From Candidatus Aminicenantes bacterium (GTDB lineage Bacteria > Acidobacteriota > Aminicenantia > UBA2199): a stretch of 64,000 nucleotides of DNA. The notes under the pieces are model-generated. The model saw only the letters and a list, made by a program, of their open reading frames with translations. It had not been told where the DNA came from and ran no database searches. The position numbers were made by a program, and so were the translations under genes. Below, piece after piece: positions 21,521 through 31,366 of the stretch (positions are counted from its first letter, which is position 1; each line of letters begins with the position of its first letter). The stretch lies in NCBI GenBank assembly GCA_963770755.1, contig CAVYQZ010000006.1, positions 196,818 to 260,817 of the forward strand, in the 5' to 3' direction.

Positions 21521-21561
21521 CCTCCTTTTTTGAGGGGGGCTTGCGCCCCCCCGTTTTTTTT
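21521..21561 (-). terminator. GC-rich hairpin (gggggg c ttgc gccccccc) flanked by T-runs; terminator for comEA
   Basis: Read directly, immediately 3' of comEA stop. Confidence 0.5.
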
Positions 21562-21859
21562 AAATGGTGATCAGCGGCTGCAGCTTGGCAAATATCTTTT
21601 CGCCGATGCCTTTAACCTTCATCAGGTCCTGGGGGCGTTTGAAATTGCCGTTGCTTTTTCTGAACTCCAGGATCCGCAGGGCCATCTTGGGTCCGACTTG
21701 CGGAAGCTTTTCCAATTGCCCGGCATTGGCGGTGTTGATGTTGACCCGCTTGTCTCCGCTCGCGGCCGCTTGTTTTTCGGCCGCATCGAGCGACACAGTG
21801 GAAACTGCGACCATCGCCAGGATGACCAGCAGGGTGAGAAGTTTTTTGGTTTTTGTCAT
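21560..21859 (-). CDS. comEA: Competence protein ComEA (helix-hairpin-helix DNA-binding, signal-anchored)
   Basis: MTKTKKLLTLLVILAMVAV...VNINTANAGQLEKLPQVGPKMALRILEFRKSNGNFKRPQDLMKVKGIGEKIFAKL; start ATG 21859 with GGAGG RBS, ORF track to 21937. Confidence 0.8.
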   Translation of the reverse strand: MTKTKKLLTLLVILAMVAVSTVSLDAAEKQAAASGDKRVNINTANAGQLEKLPQVGPKMALRILEFRKSNGNFKRPQDLMKVKGIGEKIFAKLQPLITI

Positions 21860-21986
21860 GTTGACCTCCTGCCACGGGGTAATCAGCTTTGCTGCCAAGT
21901 GGAAAGGGTCGGTCGGGAAACAATGCAAACGACCCATATCAATAGATAAAACAACCTTAGACTATTTTTTTTGCTTTGAGCGACAA

Positions 21987-22033
21987 GTAAATAAATCTTT
22001 ACATTTTTTCTGCCCTTGTAAATAAAAGTTTAC
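21987..22033. repeat. Two tandem copies of palindromic motif GTAAATAAA-N-TTTAC (21987-22002 and 22018-22033), 31 bp apart
   Basis: Read directly in comEA/pseudopilin divergent region. Confidence 0.4.
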
Positions 22034-22141
22034 CTCGGCCAGCATGGAACAAAGCTGGAAAACTTGATTGGCCGCGGTTTTCCATTCATTGCCGCACTTG
22101 GCAGAGAATATGAATCACTTTTACTGAACCAGGAGGAAAAA

Positions 22142-22504
22142 ATGAACAAAGGCTTCACATTGATTGAAACGCTGGTTGCATTGACGCTGCTGTTGCTGGC
22201 CATTCTGTTCAGCGCCCGGGTCATGAGTTTTGCCCTCCAGCAGTTACGTCAGTCAGTCTTGCGTTTCCGTCTGACGGAAACCGGTGATTATTACAAGCAT
22301 TACTTGTCTTCCCGGCCTTTTCCCGCGCTTGAACTTGCGGAGGGCGATCACCGGCAGAAAAGCCGAGAGTTTCTCGTAACCTGGCAGGTCGAAGCGGTCG
22401 CAGCCGGATTAAAGCGAATCACGCTGTTGGCGGCCGCAGCCCATGCTTCCGTGAGCACTGTTTTTTACAAATCAAACTTCATCCAGGAGGTGAAAAATGA
22501 TTAA
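22142..22504 (+). CDS. Type IV pilin-like/pseudopilin (N-terminal methylation motif)
   Basis: MNKGFTLIETLVALTLLLLAILF prepilin signal (G|FTLIE); AGGAGG RBS; ORF track starts 22064. Confidence 0.7.
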   Translation: MNKGFTLIETLVALTLLLLAILFSARVMSFALQQLRQSVLRFRLTETGDYYKHYLSSRPFPALELAEGDHRQKSREFLVTWQVEAVAAGLKRITLLAAAAHASVSTVFYKSNFIQEVKND

Positions 22505-22844
22505 AGGCTTTGGAATTTTGGAAATGCTGATTTCCCTGTCTTTAGGCCTGGGGGTTTTAACGGTGATCATTGCCCACGCTGCAGAAACCGGACGGTTTGC
22601 CAAAAAAATCACCAGCAACCAGGAAAGGTTGGAAGCGATATTTCATACCGTGGATACCATTAAATCCGACCTGAACAAATGCGGCATGCGCTTGCAGGAA
22701 GCCGGAAAAACTTTCGACATGCCCTGGTTCGAAAGCTCGCCGGGTGGTTTCAAGGTGACCTACGGATTGGCCGATGAAGCGCTTCTGGAAAATGCCCTGC
22801 AAGGGCAGCAGATTTTTAAAAATTGCCAAGAACGAATTTTTTAA
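22497..22844 (+). CDS. Pseudopilin, N-terminal portion (likely continues into 22792..23187 after a homopolymer frameshift)
   Basis: MIKGFGILEMLISLSLGLGVLTVII prepilin motif; stop TAA sits inside T6A6 run 22837-22848. Confidence 0.6.
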   Translation: MIKGFGILEMLISLSLGLGVLTVIIAHAAETGRFAKKITSNQERLEAIFHTVDTIKSDLNKCGMRLQEAGKTFDMPWFESSPGGFKVTYGLADEALLENALQGQQIFKNCQERIF

Positions 22845-23187
22845 AAAAGACAAAATTGTTTTGATTTACGACCCGCTAGGGCAGGTTTGGGAATTCAATG
22901 AAGTCAGTGATTTTATTGGCGGCGTCGTGGCCTTAAAAAATCCGCTGCAGCATGATTTTCCCGGAAACAGCCCGGTGCTGGCATTGAAAAAAGTGGAATA
23001 TAGATTCTATCCCGCCCAGCACGTTTTGAAGAGAAAGAGCGACAAGGGGAATTTTCAACCCCTTTTAGAGGAGGTCACTGATTTTTACGTGACATTTTTC
23101 CCGGATGCCAACTCGGTTTTATATCGCATTGAAGTCAATAAAAAAGAGCAGATCCGCGGCTATATCTTTCTGCTCAATCTGGTGTAG
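22792..23187 (+). CDS. Hypothetical; probable C-terminal continuation of pseudopilin 22497..22844
   Basis: No own pilin N-terminus or RBS; removing one T from T6 at 22837-22842 fuses the frames (..QERIFKKDKIVLIYDPLGQVWEF..). Confidence 0.45.
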   Translation: MPCKGSRFLKIAKNEFFKKDKIVLIYDPLGQVWEFNEVSDFIGGVVALKNPLQHDFPGNSPVLALKKVEYRFYPAQHVLKRKSDKGNFQPLLEEVTDFYVTFFPDANSVLYRIEVNKKEQIRGYIFLLNLV

Positions 23188-23189
23188 CC

Positions 23190-24527
23190 ATGAAGCGCAG
23201 GGGCAACATCGTCATTGCGGTTCTTTTCGTAATGCTGCTGTCTTTTTCCGGGCTGGCCCTGCTGACGCACTCGCTGCTGCACAATAAAATAATCGCCGCC
23301 AGGCGAGGCAAATGGCAGATTTGCACAGTGCTGGAACAGGCCATTTTATTGCAGCTGCATCGGTATCGGCAGCAACTGGGCGACAGCGACATGAATCACT
23401 ATGCCGCTCCGGAAACCGATTTTTTCAACAGCCTGAACTTTCCTGACTTAAGTGAAAACGGTGTGCAGGTCAAAAACCATTTCAGCTGGCAAACGCTGAC
23501 TGCGGGCGGCGGTTTTAACAAGATCAGGATCTTTAACCTTCTGACCGCCGGCAGCGAAAAGAGCCGCTTGGCATATGGCGGACAAGCTTCCGTCGAGTTG
23601 CTGACGGGGGATATTCCCCTCAGTGAGTTTTCCCTGCTGGTGCATAAAGATATCAGCGAAACGCAGGCCGCCTACCTTGCCGGAAAAGGGGTTGAATGGA
23701 CGGGTCAGTTAATAAACTTGCCGGGCAAACCGGCCGTTTCCGGAGAATGCCGCAGCCTGCTGGCCGCAGCCATGAAACTGTCCGGTCCATTCCCGGATTG
23801 GCGGCAGATCAGGGAGAAATTCAACCTGGAACCTTCCGACGCGGCCATTCCAACCGGAATTTATTTAACACTGTCTGCTGGACAGATCGAAACGATTTTT
23901 GTTGAGGGGGACCTGCAGTTGCTTGAATTTCGAGCTGTAGCAGGCCTGCAGTCAATTGTTTTCGGGCAGGATGCCCGCTTGTCGGAACTTAGTTACCGGC
24001 CGGGCCTGGAATCCATGTTATGGGTTGGCCATGAAGAGGCGAACGGCTGCCGGTTTGCCGAGAAAATATTTGTCCATGGCAATATATGTGCGATCGTCCA
24101 GTCAGGGAACGCCGCCTTTGCGGACGACTCGCGCATCCAGGTGCTGGCTTCCGGGCAAATGAGGGTCAATACGGGGCTGGTTGGAGAAAACCTGGGTTTG
24201 CAAAAAACCAAATTTGCCCACCTGCTGTTGATGACCAGCAACAAGGATTTCATCAGCAATGACGAGCTCAATGCCGATATCGTTCTGGCTCCGGGATCCG
24301 GCAGCACGATCGAGGCCCATGTGTTGGCCGCGGGAAAAGTTGTTCATGGCGACGGATTGCTGAAGCTCTCCGGCAGCCTGATTGCCGGAGATATCCAGAA
24401 TTCGGGGCGCCTGCAAGTCCGGGCCATGGACGGTGCATTCGATTTTCCGGCACAGCTGGATTTTAAAAATTTCAAATGCCTGCAAAATTTTCGGGTCCAT
24501 TTCATCACGGAAGGCGGCGATGAATAA
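23190..24527 (+). CDS. Large pseudopilin-associated protein (GspK/PilX-like), N-terminal TM anchor
   Basis: MKRRGNIVIAVLFVMLLSFSGLALLTHSLL; position within pseudopilin operon. Confidence 0.45.
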   Translation: MKRRGNIVIAVLFVMLLSFSGLALLTHSLLHNKIIAARRGKWQICTVLEQAILLQLHRYRQQLGDSDMNHYAAPETDFFNSLNFPDLSENGVQVKNHFSWQTLTAGGGFNKIRIFNLLTAGSEKSRLAYGGQASVELLTGDIPLSEFSLLVHKDISETQAAYLAGKGVEWTGQLINLPGKPAVSGECRSLLAAAMKLSGPFPDWRQIREKFNLEPSDAAIPTGIYLTLSAGQIETIFVEGDLQLLEFRAVAGLQSIVFGQDARLSELSYRPGLESMLWVGHEEANGCRFAEKIFVHGNICAIVQSGNAAFADDSRIQVLASGQMRVNTGLVGENLGLQKTKFAHLLLMTSNKDFISNDELNADIVLAPGSGSTIEAHVLAAGKVVHGDGLLKLSGSLIAGDIQNSGRLQVRAMDGAFDFPAQLDFKNFKCLQNFRVHFITEGGDE

Positions 24528-24945
24528 AAAGGGATTGACGGTGGTTGAATTGCTGGTGACGGTCGCTTTGTTCGCTTTCTTGCTCATAACCGTGGTTCCG
24601 GGGCTGCAGTCGTTTTTCATCCGCCTGGAGATCCATAACGGCTTGCGCACGGTGAGCGCCGCGCTGAGCACGGCCCGTTATCAGGCTATCCAGGAAAACC
24701 AGTCGGTGCGGGTCGAAGTTGTCCCCGGCTGCCTTAGCCTTAGTGTCGACAACGGCCAGGGTTGGCAGGTAACCCGCCGCTTCGAGCTCAGCAGAAAGCT
24801 TTCGATCCAGGCCAACAGCCGGCCGGTTTTTTCGCCGCTGGGCAACGCTTCACCCCTATGCACCATCACCCTGGAAATGCGCAAAAAGGTGTACCGCGTC
24901 GTGCTGTCGATGTACGGCCGCATCAAGGTCTACGGCAACAATTAA
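24520..24945 (+). CDS. Pseudopilin GspH/FimT-like
   Basis: MNKKGLTVVELLVTVALFAFLLITVVPGL prepilin motif; ATG overlaps upstream stop (ATGAATAA); ORF track starts 24382. Confidence 0.7.
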   Translation: MNKKGLTVVELLVTVALFAFLLITVVPGLQSFFIRLEIHNGLRTVSAALSTARYQAIQENQSVRVEVVPGCLSLSVDNGQGWQVTRRFELSRKLSIQANSRPVFSPLGNASPLCTITLEMRKKVYRVVLSMYGRIKVYGNN

Positions 24946-24971
24946 AGCTTTGGACGAAAAAAGTCGCCTGG

Positions 24972-26255
24972 TTATTTCACTTTCGGCAGAATGTTTTTCA
25001 GGATGTCCTTGTGCACGGTGAAGGTCAGCATCTTGAGCTTGATGTAGTCGCCGCGAAAAAAGTAATAGCCTTCGTACCTGCCCCAGCGCGCCGAGCGCCC
25101 CGAATCCTTGATCAAAAACCAGTCCTGACCCTTATAATGGTTATAGCCGACCAGATGGATGCCGTGGTCATCTTCAGTTGTTTTATTGTCAATGCGGTAT
25201 TCGCGGGCGTCCTGATTGATATAAGACTGGGGGATATCAAAAGAGGGGATGAAGCAGACGTCCTGGAAACCCAGCTTGCCCGGTTCGGAAACATCGCCGC
25301 CGATGGCCACGCTGTAGCCGGACTTAACGGCCTTGACGATCAGGCCGTACCACTCGCTCAACGGCAGGTTGAGATATTCCTTGCTGTGCCACCAGTTGTC
25401 CGGAACTGTGAATTCCTGATACGTATAGAAAGGGAAAAAACTGGTCGACATGACGTCGGTGTAGTCGTCCATATTGAGCGGGGTTTCGTTATGCAGGAAT
25501 TCCAACGGCGTCATTTCCTTGCCGTTGAAAATGAATTTCTGCGGCGGAGTTCCCAGGTGCTTGTTTAAAATAACGGTCACATGGGCGAGTACATCCTGTT
25601 CATCCCACAGGCTGTTGGTTTTGACCCAATCAAGATAGGCGTGGAGCTCATCGATCAGCCGCACGTGGTCATGTTTTTGTTCAGCCGCCCGGATTCCGGG
25701 AAACACGTCTCCGGGAACAATGCCGACCATCTTCCAGATGCGGTTCAGGGCATTGCCTTCGCCGCCTTCGGCGACCAGCGAATCCCCGCGCTCACGGACA
25801 AAGCGCCTGACTTTTTCCAGGTATTCATGATAGACGGTCCACATTTCGGCCAGCTTGATTTTCTTTCCCGACAAGCGAAAAATCTCGGACTCGTAATAAG
25901 AAGTGCCGGCGAAACTCCAGCAGGTGTTGGTATTGTACTGGGCCACGGGCGGGAAATGGAAACAAGTCTTGAAAACAGACTTGGAACGCGGTGGAAAGAC
26001 ACCGCTCATATCGGACAACAGGCTCTTGGCCTGGGCCTTGGCCTTGTCCTTTTCTTCCAGCTGCTTTTTTTTGATTTTATCCGTTTCTTCATCACGGTCT
26101 TGCTGTTCTTTTTCCCGTGCCTCATCCATAGCCTTCAAAACCGGGTCGGTGTACTTTTTTTCGTATTGAACCTTGTTTTTCTGATCAGTGGCCGCCCGCA
26201 ATCCGAAAAAATTCATTACGCCGAAGCATAGAAAAAGTAAGAACATTTTTTTCAT
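24972..26255 (-). CDS. C1-family cysteine peptidase (aminopeptidase C/bleomycin hydrolase-like) with signal peptide
   Basis: Active-site QYNTNTCWSFAGTS; signal MKKMFLLFLCFGVMNFFGLRAA. Confidence 0.7.
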   Translation of the reverse strand: MKKMFLLFLCFGVMNFFGLRAATDQKNKVQYEKKYTDPVLKAMDEAREKEQQDRDEETDKIKKKQLEEKDKAKAQAKSLLSDMSGVFPPRSKSVFKTCFHFPPVAQYNTNTCWSFAGTSYYESEIFRLSGKKIKLAEMWTVYHEYLEKVRRFVRERGDSLVAEGGEGNALNRIWKMVGIVPGDVFPGIRAAEQKHDHVRLIDELHAYLDWVKTNSLWDEQDVLAHVTVILNKHLGTPPQKFIFNGKEMTPLEFLHNETPLNMDDYTDVMSTSFFPFYTYQEFTVPDNWWHSKEYLNLPLSEWYGLIVKAVKSGYSVAIGGDVSEPGKLGFQDVCFIPSFDIPQSYINQDAREYRIDNKTTEDDHGIHLVGYNHYKGQDWFLIKDSGRSARWGRYEGYYFFRGDYIKLKMLTFTVHKDILKNILPKVK

Positions 26256-26275
26256 GGCTGCTCCTTAAATTGTAA

Positions 26276-27667
26276 TTAGTATTCCGCGCTCTTGGGCGTG
26301 CGCGGAAAGGGAATGACGTCGCGGATGTTTTCCATGCCGGTCAGGTACATGACCGCCCTTTCAAAACCAAGCCCGAAACCGGCGTGGGGGGCACCGCCGA
26401 ATTTGCGCAAGTTCAAGTACCACTCGTAATCCGATTCCTTGAGCCCCATTGCCGCGATCCGCGCTTTGAGCACATCGTGTCTTTCTTCGCGCTGGCTGCC
26501 GCCGATGATTTCACCGACTTCGGGAACCAACAGGTCCATGGCGGCCACGGTGCGGTTGTCGTCGTTCAGGCGCATGTAGAAAGCCTTGATCGCCTTGGGA
26601 TAGTCGGTCACGAAAACCGGTTTTTTGAATACTTTTTCGGTCAGGTAGCGTTCATGTTCGGTTTGCAGATCGTTGCCCCAGGTGATCGGGAAATTAAAAG
26701 ACGTCCCCGATTTTTCCAGGATTTCGACGGCCCGGCTGTAACTGATGTGTTCGAACTCGGATTCGAGGACCAGCTGCAGCCGCTGCAGCAGGCCGGTGTC
26801 GATGAAGCGGTTGAAAAACTCCATCTCCTGCGGCGCTTGCTCCAGGACAAAGCGGATGACGTATTTCATCATGTCCTCGGCCAGGTGCATGTTGTCGCTA
26901 AGATCGGCGAAGGCGATCTCGGGTTCAATCATCCAGAATTCCGACGCGTGGCGCTGGGTATTGGAATTTTCGGCGCGGAAAGTCGGGCCAAAGGTATACA
27001 CACGGTTGAAGGCCAGGCAAAATCCCTCGACATTGAGTTGGCCGCTGACGGTCAGGTTGGTTTCCTTTCCGAAAAAATCCTGGCTGAAATCGATCTTTTT
27101 TTGTTCGTTCAGGGGCGGATTCTGCATATCCAGGGTGGTCACGCGGAACATTTGCCCGGCGCCCTCGCAATCACTTCCGGTAATGATCGGAGTATGCACA
27201 TAAATAAAACCATTTTCATGAAAAAACTTGTGGATGGCATATGCCAGCAGGCTGCGTACCCTGAACACGGCCATGAAGGTGTTGGTGCGCGGACGCAAAT
27301 GGGGGATGGTGCGCAGGTATTCGAATGAATGGCGCTTCTTTTGCAGCGGGTATTCCAGACTTGAAAGACCGATCGCTTCGATGGTTTCCGCTTTCAGTTC
27401 GAATGGCTGACCCGCCGACGGCGAAGCCATCAGTTTTCCTGCAACTTTCAGGGCTGAACCGAGCGGGAATTTAGTCGCTTCGCTGAAATTGGCCAGCTCT
27501 TCTCCATAAACGACCTGCAGGTTTTTGAAACATGAGCCGTCATTCAGTTCGATGAAAGCAAAATTTTTCGATATGCGTTGGGTGCGTATCCAGCCGCGGA
27601 CTTCCAGCTCGGTTTCCAGCAGCGGCGTCGGGTCGGCAAAAATTTCCTTGATCGTGATCCAGCTCAT
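26276..27667 (-). CDS. asnS: Asparaginyl-tRNA synthetase
   Basis: Class IIb aaRS: anticodon-binding OB fold N-terminus, [28 protein letters not shown]-terminus; start at [10 protein letters not shown] (27667, GAGGTG RBS), ORF track to 27805. Confidence 0.9.
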   Translation of the reverse strand: MSWITIKEIFADPTPLLETELEVRGWIRTQRISKNFAFIELNDGSCFKNLQVVYGEELANFSEATKFPLGSALKVAGKLMASPSAGQPFELKAETIEAIGLSSLEYPLQKKRHSFEYLRTIPHLRPRTNTFMAVFRVRSLLAYAIHKFFHENGFIYVHTPIITGSDCEGAGQMFRVTTLDMQNPPLNEQKKIDFSQDFFGKETNLTVSGQLNVEGFCLAFNRVYTFGPTFRAENSNTQRHASEFWMIEPEIAFADLSDNMHLAEDMMKYVIRFVLEQAPQEMEFFNRFIDTGLLQRLQLVLESEFEHISYSRAVEILEKSGTSFNFPITWGNDLQTEHERYLTEKVFKKPVFVTDYPKAIKAFYMRLNDDNRTVAAMDLLVPEVGEIIGGSQREERHDVLKARIAAMGLKESDYEWYLNLRKFGGAPHAGFGLGFERAVMYLTGMENIRDVIPFPRTPKSAEY

Positions 27668-27909
27668 GTCTTCACCTCGATGAAATCCAATTGTAGCGCA
27701 AAACCGCCCGGCGGGCAAATTCCAGTCAGGATGATTTTTACATGGGCCAATATGATCTGCAGTGCAGCGTGAATGGATTGAACTCACAGCGGCCATGTGT
27801 TGCACAAATGGGATCCCCTTCCGGGCCGTGTTGACAATCCGGAAATATTATATCAGAATGGTCGGGCGGGCAAAATCAAGGATTGACCTGCATGCAGGGA
27901 GGAAACAGG

Positions 27910-28722
27910 ATGAAAAAAAAGATTGAAAATGCCAAGTGTTTCTTAGGTCGCGGCTTGATAGCGGCGTGGTTGTTACTGGCGCTGTTTTTATCTCTGCCGG
28001 CGCAACAGGGTTTTAACCAGCAGGAAAAAGAATCAATTCGAAATTACAAACGTGCCAAGGAACACTTTCTCAAGGGCGGAGAATTCTTGAATAAAGGGAA
28101 ACTGGAGAAAGCTCGGAATGAGGTCGATATTTCTTTGCAGATATTCCCGGGTTATGCCGATGCCTACCTGCTCATGGCTGAGCTTGATTACCGTCAAGGT
28201 CAGTTGGAGCCGGCCTTGCGGGCGATTGAAACCGCCAAAGCGAATTTTAAGAAATTCAGCCGCTTCTACGAGTATTCCTACCTGGAGTATCTTAAACTTT
28301 TACGGGAAGAAAGGGACTTTGTGGATAAACATATCAGCGACCTGACGAGGCAGCTGATGAACCCCATGGAAGACGAGGAAAGACAGAAGCTGGAGGACGC
28401 GATCAACCGGGATAAACAAACCCGCGACACACTGGATACCCGTTTGCGCAATCCGATCCCCGAGGTCCTGGAAGTCCCGGCCGAATATCATTACACGCAT
28501 GGCAATATTCTCTTTAAGATGAAGCGTTTGAATGAAGCGCAGGCGTTTTATCAGGCTGCGATTCAGGCCGAGCCAAAGCATGCCAACGCTTACAACAACT
28601 TGATCAATATTTTTTATGTCCAGGGCAACATGGCCCAAGCTCTGGAATACCTTAATCAGGCCGAGTCCAGAGGCGTTCGCGTGACCGAGGGACTGAAAAA
28701 AGCGGTTCTGGAACGGCAGTAG
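27910..28722 (+). CDS. Secreted TPR-repeat protein
   Basis: Signal/anchor MKKKIENAKCFLGRGLIAAWLLLALFLSLPAQQ; TPR-like helices; GGGAGG RBS. Confidence 0.6.
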   Translation: MKKKIENAKCFLGRGLIAAWLLLALFLSLPAQQGFNQQEKESIRNYKRAKEHFLKGGEFLNKGKLEKARNEVDISLQIFPGYADAYLLMAELDYRQGQLEPALRAIETAKANFKKFSRFYEYSYLEYLKLLREERDFVDKHISDLTRQLMNPMEDEERQKLEDAINRDKQTRDTLDTRLRNPIPEVLEVPAEYHYTHGNILFKMKRLNEAQAFYQAAIQAEPKHANAYNNLINIFYVQGNMAQALEYLNQAESRGVRVTEGLKKAVLERQ

Positions 28723-28750
28723 CCCAGTAATCGCGGCAGGATTAAAGCGG

Positions 28751-30424
28751 TTATTTGATCTTTTTCCCGGGAAGTTTTTGTCCGCCCTGAAAAAACGTCA
28801 AACCGGTGACATGCCCGCCGGCATCGATGTCGAATACCAATTGTGCGTCAACCACCTTAAGAAAGAAATCCTTTTTGGATTCGGCGAAGAGCTCAACTTT
28901 GGTTTGGCCTGTGGCTTGTCCCATCAGGTGGCCGTCCTCAATGGTTACTACGATTGAAAACCCGGGCATCAGTTCGTATTCACCGATATAGCGCATGAGG
29001 AGTTCAGGGGCCAGGGCGATCTCTTTGCGGTCGACCGGCAAAGGCTTGGCGCTGCGTCTGTAGATCTCGGCCGGGCCGATACGCGCCTGGACGCGCAGGC
29101 CGATGACTTTACCAGCCTCGTCCCGGCTGAAGCGGATCATCGTCGGCGTATCGGCAAAGAAGAATTCACTGACAGAGGCAGCTAGAATTTCGTGTCTGGC
29201 GCCTCCGGCGCGCTGGGAAAAGAGCTTCTCCCCTTGGCGGGTGATCATGCGTGCTTCGCTGTCCTGGTTCTCGTATACGCCGGTCAGGGTATCCAATTCA
29301 TCGCTCGTCAATATCATTGTCTTGCGTTCGGCTGCGGGCAGGTCCAGGACCAGTTCGGCAATGCGCAACGCCCGCGGTTCCGGCATGCGGTCAGCGATGG
29401 CGCTGTTGGTCAGGACGGCCACATAGACGCGGTCATCGGGCAGGGCCAATGCATAGGAAGTAAAACCGTTTATGCCGCCCCCGTGCTCAATGCAACGGTG
29501 ACCCCTGAAATCGGAGATGAACCAACCGTAACCGTAGCCGGACGATTCACCATTGGCCAGATGATATGGAGAGAAAGCCTTGTCCAGCCACTCTTTTTTC
29601 AGCAGTTTCCCGGAAAAAACGGCGTCGTTCCACACGGTCAGATCGTCGACCGAAGAAAGCAGCGAGCCGGCGGCATAGGGTTGGGTCATGCTTAAGTAGG
29701 GGGCGTTGACGAAGCCATCGTTGTCTTTCTGGTAGCCGGCCACACGGCGGGGAATGACTTGTTCCGTGCGGTCATAATATGAATGTTTCATTGCCAATGG
29801 AGCAAAGATTTTATCTTCGACAAAGGCCTCATAGCTCTTTCCGGTTACTTTCTCGATGATGGCGCCCAGCATGACGTAACCGGTGTTGTTGTAGCTCCAG
29901 CGCTCGCCGGGGGTGAACTCGAACGGCTTGTCCTTGGACATGTCGATGATCTCCTGCGGAGTCATGTCCTTGCGCCACATCTGCAGCCATTCCTCCATGT
30001 TGGTGTAGCTCTTGATCCCCGAAGTGTGGGTCAGCAGATGTTCGATGGTCACTTTTTTATCGCCGCTCGTGAATGGCGGGAGATATTTGCTGATTTCGTC
30101 CTGCAGGGACAGTTTCCCTTGCTCCGCCAGCATCAGGATGGCTGTCGCGGTAAACTGCTTGGTTATCGATCCCAGGCGGAAGATCATGTCGGGCTCTATC
30201 TTGACCCCGAGTTCGATATCAGCCAGGCCGTAGCCCTTGCGGAAAATGGTATGTCCATCGCGACGGACAATCACCGCGGCTCCGGGTTCGCCGGGCTTGT
30301 ATATCTTGCTCATGACGGCGTCGATTTCCTGGGTTAGGTTTTTATTGTTTTTCGGACCGCTCGCTCCCAGTTGCAGGGCCAGGAGCAGGATCAGCAGCAT
30401 ATAAAAAATACGGATAATTCTCAT
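28751..30424 (-). CDS. Beta-lactamase-family serine hydrolase (class C/PBP-like fold) with C-terminal extra domains
   Basis: SITKQF (SxxK) motif, YNNTGY, signal peptide; start at MRIIRIFYML (30424, GGAGG RBS). Confidence 0.75.
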   Translation of the reverse strand: MRIIRIFYMLLILLLALQLGASGPKNNKNLTQEIDAVMSKIYKPGEPGAAVIVRRDGHTIFRKGYGLADIELGVKIEPDMIFRLGSITKQFTATAILMLAEQGKLSLQDEISKYLPPFTSGDKKVTIEHLLTHTSGIKSYTNMEEWLQMWRKDMTPQEIIDMSKDKPFEFTPGERWSYNNTGYVMLGAIIEKVTGKSYEAFVEDKIFAPLAMKHSYYDRTEQVIPRRVAGYQKDNDGFVNAPYLSMTQPYAAGSLLSSVDDLTVWNDAVFSGKLLKKEWLDKAFSPYHLANGESSGYGYGWFISDFRGHRCIEHGGGINGFTSYALALPDDRVYVAVLTNSAIADRMPEPRALRIAELVLDLPAAERKTMILTSDELDTLTGVYENQDSEARMITRQGEKLFSQRAGGARHEILAASVSEFFFADTPTMIRFSRDEAGKVIGLRVQARIGPAEIYRRSAKPLPVDRKEIALAPELLMRYIGEYELMPGFSIVVTIEDGHLMGQATGQTKVELFAESKKDFFLKVVDAQLVFDIDAGGHVTGLTFFQGGQKLPGKKIK

Positions 30425-30555
30425 GGGTTCCTCCGGTTTTTTAAGGCTGTCCACTGTTATTCTACGTTTGCGGCGGCAGAGGGGTTCTGTTTGAATTTAT
30501 TTTTATTGTCTTTTTTGGAATTTTCACCTAAAATAACCATTGATCGAGGCTAAAA

Positions 30556-31329
30556 ATGAAAACCGTTATTTTTTATTATACCGGAACAGGCAATTCGTTA
30601 TGGTCGGCACGGCTGCTGGCTGAAAAACTGGATGGCGCAGCGCTGCGGCCGCTGAAGGCCGCGGACCCTTTTGCGGCCGGAGATGCCGATGCCGTGGGTT
30701 TTGTCTTCCCTGTGCACATGTGGGGCATACCGGGTCCGGTACTGGAATTCCTGGAAAAGCTGACGCTCAAACCTGACGTGTATTATTTTGCACTGGCGGT
30801 TAACGCCGGTCAGGTATCACGCACATTGATCCAACTGCGCGGGCTCCTTTCCAGGCGCGGAGTGAAGCTTGCCGCCGGGTTCAGCATTGCCCTACCCAGC
30901 AATTACATCCCCTGGGGGGGACCGGGAACGGAAAAACGACGCAACAATTTGTTCCGGCTCGGGCGCGAAAAAATTAATGAGGTCGGGGCCTTTATCGGCG
31001 AGCGGAAATCGGGAGTGATCGAAAGGGGACCGGCCTGGCAGCGCATTCTGTTCACCGCCATTTATAAAATGACTTTCAAGCAGGTCAAAACAATGGACAA
31101 GGGCTTCTGGTGCGACGACAGATGCAATGCCTGCGGCATCTGCGTCAAGGTCTGCCCGGCAAAAAATATCGTTCTGGAAGCGGGCAAGCCGGTTTGGCAG
31201 CATCGCTGCGAACAATGTCTGGCCTGCATCCAATGGTGTCCGCAGGAATCGATCCAATACGGTAAAAAGACAGCGGCTTACGAACGCTACCACCATCCCG
31301 AAGTGCAATTGAAAGACATGATCACCTGA
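30556..31329 (+). CDS. Flavodoxin-like domain fused to 2x[4Fe-4S] ferredoxin (EFR1-like)
   Basis: MKTVIFYYTGTGNS flavodoxin start; CNACGICVKVCP and CEQCLACIQWCP clusters. Confidence 0.75.
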   Translation: MKTVIFYYTGTGNSLWSARLLAEKLDGAALRPLKAADPFAAGDADAVGFVFPVHMWGIPGPVLEFLEKLTLKPDVYYFALAVNAGQVSRTLIQLRGLLSRRGVKLAAGFSIALPSNYIPWGGPGTEKRRNNLFRLGREKINEVGAFIGERKSGVIERGPAWQRILFTAIYKMTFKQVKTMDKGFWCDDRCNACGICVKVCPAKNIVLEAGKPVWQHRCEQCLACIQWCPQESIQYGKKTAAYERYHHPEVQLKDMIT

Positions 31330-31366
31330 ACCATCACTCCAAGCGGCGCTATGAAAATGAATCGAT

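Noticed and set aside
22064-22141. N-terminal extensions of several ORF-track entries (for example 22064, 24382, 46840, 48694, 50446, 27805)
   Set aside because: Internal ATG/GTG starts with good RBSs, signal peptides or start/stop coupling fit much better; upstream extensions overlap neighbouring genes.
26384-27328. 314-aa plus-strand ORF antisense to asnS
   Set aside because: Shadow ORF; asnS identity is unambiguous.
27668-27909. Possible T-box leader upstream of asnS
   Set aside because: Leader is short, the RBS abuts the ATG, and no specifier/T-box conserved sequence was seen; region instead serves the divergent TPR gene promoter.
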